NCBI RefSeq assembly: GCF_011386835.1
Contig: NC_088792.1
Span: forward strand, 2,108,001-2,172,000
Reading direction: 5' to 3'
Origin: Chrysemys picta bellii
Taxonomy: Eukaryota
Length of the DNA: 64,000 bases
Under the pieces are notes generated by a model that was not told the origin of the DNA, did not search any database, and was given only the letters and a program-made list of their open reading frames with translations. This document shows positions 59,179 through 64,000 of this stretch, piece by piece. The first letter of the stretch is position 1; every line of letters begins with the position of its first letter. Both the position numbers and the translations under genes were made by a program.

Positions 59179-62100
59179 CTAGGACGGCAGCTCTTTGGAG
59201 AAGCCATACATGCCGATACGGTGGCGCACTTCGCCCATCTCCTGCACAGTCCTGCACTCCTCCTCCTGTCTCATCTCCATCTCCTGCAGGGGCAGAGGCG
59301 TCAGGTCACAGGGTGGCCACGGTTCCGGCCAGGGAGCTGGTGCGGATCCAGCCCCAAGCAGCACCCCGGGGGCATGGGCTGGGCCCAGCGCTGTTGGCAC
59401 CATCAGTCTGCACAGAGCATGGAACCGCTGAGCCTCGGTGCTCACGTGCTGCATGCATGTGCCTGTCTGTGTGTATGTCGTGAGCATGTGCATGTCCTGG
59501 CATCTACCAGGAGCACAGGTGTCTGTCCATCCCCTGTGCGCAGACCCATGCTGCACCTGGGAGTGGGACCTGGGGGGTGGAATGGCCCAGCTGCGCCTGG
59601 CCTCACCCAGCACAGCTCCCAGGCCCCTTGCCGACATGTCGGATTTTCCCAGCACCTGCTCCCAGGAGAGCGGCTCTGCGCCCGATCCCTGCCCGCGGGC
59701 GCACTCACCTTCTCAGGCTGCTGCTTCTCCATCCTGCAGTGCGTGTAGCTACCCAGCACCTTTCCCCCGCTGCGGGAGTCAAACTTGACACAAGCCAGGC
59801 AGATCTGCTTCCTCTGAGGAGAGAGGGACCAAGTGAAGCCTCCAGCCCCGTGGGCAGCGCCCGGGGGCTGCCGAGAACATGCAGCAGCTCTGCCCCGCCA
59901 GCTCCCCCTGCTGCACGTGTCCCCAGGGCCGTCTGTGCCCCTCCCTCACCGCGGGGGATGTTCCCCCTCGCACCCGCAGGTCGGTGCACCCCCCCCCCCG
60001 CACCCCTGCCCCAATCCTTGTAGGTGCTGCGCTCCCCAGTCTGTGTCCCTCGCACAGCCAGAGCCACATGGTGACTTGTCCCTGGGGAGTCCCTGGCAGA
60101 GCAGGGACCGGAGCCCAGCACCTTGCCCCGCGGGCAGCCGCCTCCAGCCCCCACCATGCAGCTGAGCTCCCCTGCTCCGCGCACACTCAGCCGCGTGCCA
60201 GCGCTCAGCCCCTCCCTGCCGCTCGCACGCTCCCTCGCTCTGCACTCCTCCCTGGGGCCCGGCGGAGCTGGGGGCTGCCCCCCACCTCATTCCCGGGTCG
60301 GGGAGAGCGTCACCGCAACCCCGCTCCCCGGTGGAGGGGGAGGAAATGACCCTCCAGAGCAGTGACCCAGCCCCACGGACAGACAGAGGTCGGAGGCGGC
60401 TGGCCCCTCGCTCACCCCTCTGCGGTTGAAGGCGCAGTCCTGTCTGCTCCCCGGCTGGTTCCGGCACTGGGTCTGCTGGATCCTGACCCGCAGCCGCACA
60501 AAGGGCCCCGCCGGATACTCCTGGAACCAAAGAGAAACCAGGTGTCACGGAGTGTGGGGGAGATACGGCCCTGCACCCCCGGCTCCCTGCGATTCACCAT
60601 GACTCTCAGCCAGCCAGTAAAGCAGAAGGTTTATTTAGACGACAGGAATACAGTCCAAGACAGGTCTTGCAGGCACTGACAACAGGGACCCCCTCAGTTA
60701 GGTCCATCTGGAGGGAGGGGGGAAGGGAGACCAGAGCCCTGTTGGGGAACCAGAGCCCATCTGGGCTCCTCTCCATTTCCCCAGCCAGCTCCAAACTGAA
60801 ACTCCCTCCAGCGCTCTTACTTCACCTTCCCCCGGCTCCTCCCCCAGCCTTTGTCCATTTCCCGGGCAAAGGTGTTACCTGGCCCCAGACCCCTCCTGGG
60901 GTCTCATGTTACATGCTCAGGTATCTTCCCTCAAGGCCAGTCTCCCATCCCCCATGCAGACAGCCCCTGCAACCTTCCCAGGTCAATACTCCCCACTCAG
61001 GACTCAGACCACATTAAGAACAGTCCCAGATCGTCACACCAGGGTCAGCAAAGCGCCGCTGGCAGCTCCTGCGAGAGCCCCGGGCTCCCTCTGCCGAGGG
61101 GGGTGGAGGCTCCCCGGGACGCGCAGGGCCCTGAGGAAACGCCCTGCGTGCTAAGGGGACTGTGCATTGCTCATGTGACTAGCCAGTGCTCGGGTGCGCT
61201 GGAGACTCCAGCCCAGCACAGAGCCAGGGGCCTGGGCACGCGGCCTGCACCAACCAGCCGCCTCTGGGATACAGCCTCACTCACCCGCCATGGCGCGACC
61301 CTGTGAGGGGCAGTGTCACCCCAGGCGACGGAGGGGCTGGTAGAGACTCCCTCTGCCTCGTGCCGCTCCCGGCCCCCAAGTCTGACAGGACGTCCAACGC
61401 GCCCGCGCCCATGAGCAGCGGTGTCCGCAGAGGAGCCTGGGAGAAGCCCCTGAGCGCCCCGCGGCCTGTGCTGGAGTGTGGGGGGTTCGCCCCACGCCGC
61501 AGCAGCCGGGAAGGGGCCAACGGCTGGTGGGTTACGTCTCCGGGGGGGCCGAGGGGCACAGCCGGGAGGAAAAGCTGCCACCGGAGAGGCCGGGCACTGT
61601 GGGCAGCCAGCCCGAGCTCGGCCGCAGCGTGGGAGGAAGGTCCAGCAGGCCCTGGAGCGCCCGGGAGAGCGGGTGACAGCCCAGGGAGGGGCAGCGAGGG
61701 ATTGTGAGCAGCACCAGCAGCTGCCAATGCGCAGCCCTGGACTGGACCCCAGGGGAGCGGGTGGGCTTGGGGTCCCCCCTCAGGAGGGGGAGGGGCGGGG
61801 CGAGCCTGGGGAGCAAAGGGGCGGGGCTACTGGGACGTCACCACTCCTAGACCCCCGGCAGTGCCCCGCACCCTGTGCTTGCCGCTGGCTGCCCCCTCTG
61901 GGGGGCCGGGCACAGTTCATGTGTAGCTGAGCTCTGCAGGGCAATGCCCATTCGCCTCTGACAAGGCTGGCCAGGTGCCCGCAGCCCAGCCTAGCTCCCC
62001 CGGGCCAGGACGCTGAGCCCCGTTAGCTGGAACCAGCTCTCCCGACCGATGCCCGCCTCGCGCTGCCTGCGGGGCCGTGAGCAGCTCCGCGGGGCCAGGC

Positions 62101-62724
62101 TCCGTCCTGCTTTCCCCATTCTGGTTGCGCAGAGCCCTGGCCGCCCTGCCCTCTCCCCTAGCCGGCCTTGTCCCCCCAGGCGATGCACGACGCATGGGCC
62201 ACTGGGAGTGTTGAGCATGGCTGTGTCTGCACCAAGCTCTGCAGAGCTCCAGTTCATCCCCAGGCCCCTGCCCACCGCCATCCACCCCCCTCCCTGTACC
62301 CAAACCCAGTCCTCCCCACAGCTCCCCTTCCCTGCCCCCAGCCAGTCTCTGCAGACCTCCTCCGTCCTCACCCATGGGCACTGTGTACTCCCACCGCAAA
62401 CCCACCCAGAGGGGCTCTCAGCCATGAGAGTCCCACGTTCCTTTCGTCCCACAGGCTGGGTAGACAGGAATCGCTTCCCCCATCACTGCGAAGCAGCCAC
62501 CTCTGGGGAGGGACTCAGCAGCTCAGCGCACAGCAACGCGTCGCCGGCTCTCACGCACTCACTGTTTCAGTGACGTCTTCCACGGCCTGTTTCTTGTACA
62601 CCCATCGCACCAATTTCTTGTGAAAATCCTCCAGCACCAAGTCCACCACCCTCTCCTGCAGCGTCAATTCACTAGCCGCAGCCAGGGCCACCAAGCCCAA
62701 GCCCAGAACTAGCAGCCCCTTCAT
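59179..62724 (-). CDS. RARRES2: Chemerin paralogue, copy 2 (158 aa); coding exons 62724-62563, 60520-60416, 59813-59709, 59283-59179
   Basis: Open frame, intact splice sites, all six cysteines and the signal peptide are retained. One in-frame codon deletion (Asn36). The C-terminus is HRIGMYGFS-KELPS. Expression cannot be seen from sequence. Confidence 0.85.
60543..61038 (-). mobile_element. Solo LTR (496 bp) in intron 1 of RARRES2 copy 2
   Basis: TGTCACG...CGTCACA termini and TSD CCAGG (60538-60542, 61039-61043). The empty site is in copy 1 at about 43553. Same family as 36441-36922, in opposite orientation. Confidence 0.92.
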
Positions 62725-64000
62725 CTGTGCGGGTGGCGAATGGATCCCAGGGAGCCGTCTGCCCCTCTCCCCCACCCCAAGAACTCCCCTCTGTTGATCT
62801 TAGTCTTCCATTAACTAATTCCCCAGAAGCTGCCCTACTCCTCCCTCTGCCCCGGCCAGCACCCTGCCCATTGCAATCTCGGTCATCGATTTGTTGTCGG
62901 GAGCTGCTGGAGAGAGGCAGGCAAAGTTGGCACAGCCCGGCCGTGGGGTGGGGCAGGAGGGAGGGCGAGCCAGGGGAACGGGATGCCCAGTTCCTGGTGG
63001 TCTGGAAGCTCTGTCCTGTGGCTGGTCACTAAACCCATCTCGCCTCTAGGGCCGGATTGAACGAGCCCATCGGTGCTGCAGCCGCAGGTCCCTGGAGCCA
63101 GAGCACATCCTTTCTTGGCTCCTCTTCCCGGCTGTGTCCGGGGGAAGCTCTGCACGCCCTGCGGGTCACCGCAATGCAGAGACCCACCGCCCTGCCAGCT
63201 CGCCCCACACCCAGCCCCCATGTGACCAGGGACAGGGGTGTGTTTGGGGTGGGGGAGGGGACGCTCAGGAGGTAGGATGGGAAGAGACTCACAGAGGTTC
63301 AGCTTCTGCGTCCCGTTGCTCCCGGCCTGGTGCTGGGACCCCCCCGGGCTGGCTCCTCCTCACAGCCCTTTGCAATCCAGGGGCATCGCCCAGCGCAGGG
63401 CACCGGGGCAGCGCATACTGAGTGAGGGGGGGCGGGGTCACGTCACGGTCACTATCCCTGCAGCCCAGCGAGCGAATGGCAGAGAAAGGAACCGAACTCC
63501 CAGACCCGAGGCCGTCCCTCCGTCCCTCTTCCCAACGGGCGCCCCGAGCTCTGAGAGCTGCAGGGGTTCTGGCTCTAGGGGCGCTGCCCACAGGGGGCTC
63601 CGCAGGCTTTCCCCACCCCCGCCCTGTGACGAGAACGGAGCTCAGAGCAAAGCGTGGGCAGGTCCCACTGAGTCCATCTTGCTCCCTACAAGCTGGGGAA
63701 CCGGGCTGTGTCCGTCCCTGGCGCTGGCTCTCCCAGCCCCCACGGCTGGATCAGTTTGTATGTCCATTCTGGTCGCTACGTTTTATCGGAAACCTGACAG
63801 ATGTTCCACCCCGAGAGAGCAGCCGTGTGGCGGAGCGGAACCTTTCCCAGGCAGGCAGGGGCCCCGTGGCATCGGGTCACTGGCTGGGAGGGCAGGTGGA
63901 TTAGGCAACAGAGGAACAGAGAGCAGGGGTTGGAAATGCTGAAGGTTGAGCTGGTTTGAAGTTCAGTGTTTCTCCGAATGATTCGAAGAGTTGAATTCTC

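Larger units (their letters stand above)
46825..64000 (+). repeat. Second copy of a tandem segmental duplication of about 35085-46824 (runs off the window)
   Basis: Homology starts at GGAGC.CCTC.TCTTTCTGAGAGCC (35085 vs 46825) and stays colinear to the window end (64000 corresponds to about 46460), apart from copy-specific insertions and deletions. Confidence 0.95.

Noticed and set aside
46825-64000. Duplication as an assembly artefact (two haplotypes)
   Set aside because: About 3-4% divergence, copy-specific TSD-flanked insertions and multiple deletions exceed what alleles would normally show. Read-level confirmation is still advisable.

Overview
Vertebrate, GC-rich, gene-dense DNA, most likely from a turtle (inferred from tortoise-type tRNA/CR1 SINEs, CR1 LINEs and turtle-type Penelope remnants). 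It is syntenic with human 7q36.1 as I recall it. The gene order is: probable first coding exon of SSPO (-), ZNF467 (+), an intact 1133-aa ZBED6-like domesticated hAT gene (+, at the position of human ZBED6CL/ZBED10P), LRRC61 (+) and RARRES2/chemerin (-). An ~11.7-kb block from the ZBED 3' tip through LRRC61 and RARRES2 (about 35085-46824) is tandemly duplicated from about 46825 to the window end. In the second copy the ZBED tail is split by a 7.8-kb Gmr1-type gypsy element (integrase before RT) carrying nested LTR and Penelope insertions, and LRRC61 is pseudogenised. RARRES2 in that copy is intact. Main result: this second chemerin has a strong excess of amino-acid changes concentrated in the C-terminal receptor-activating peptide (YHPGVFAFS to HRIGMYGFS) while neighbouring intron DNA is about 97% identical, so it is a candidate neofunctionalised chemerin. 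All identities, counts and gene names come from hand inspection and recalled orthologue sequences, not from database searches.
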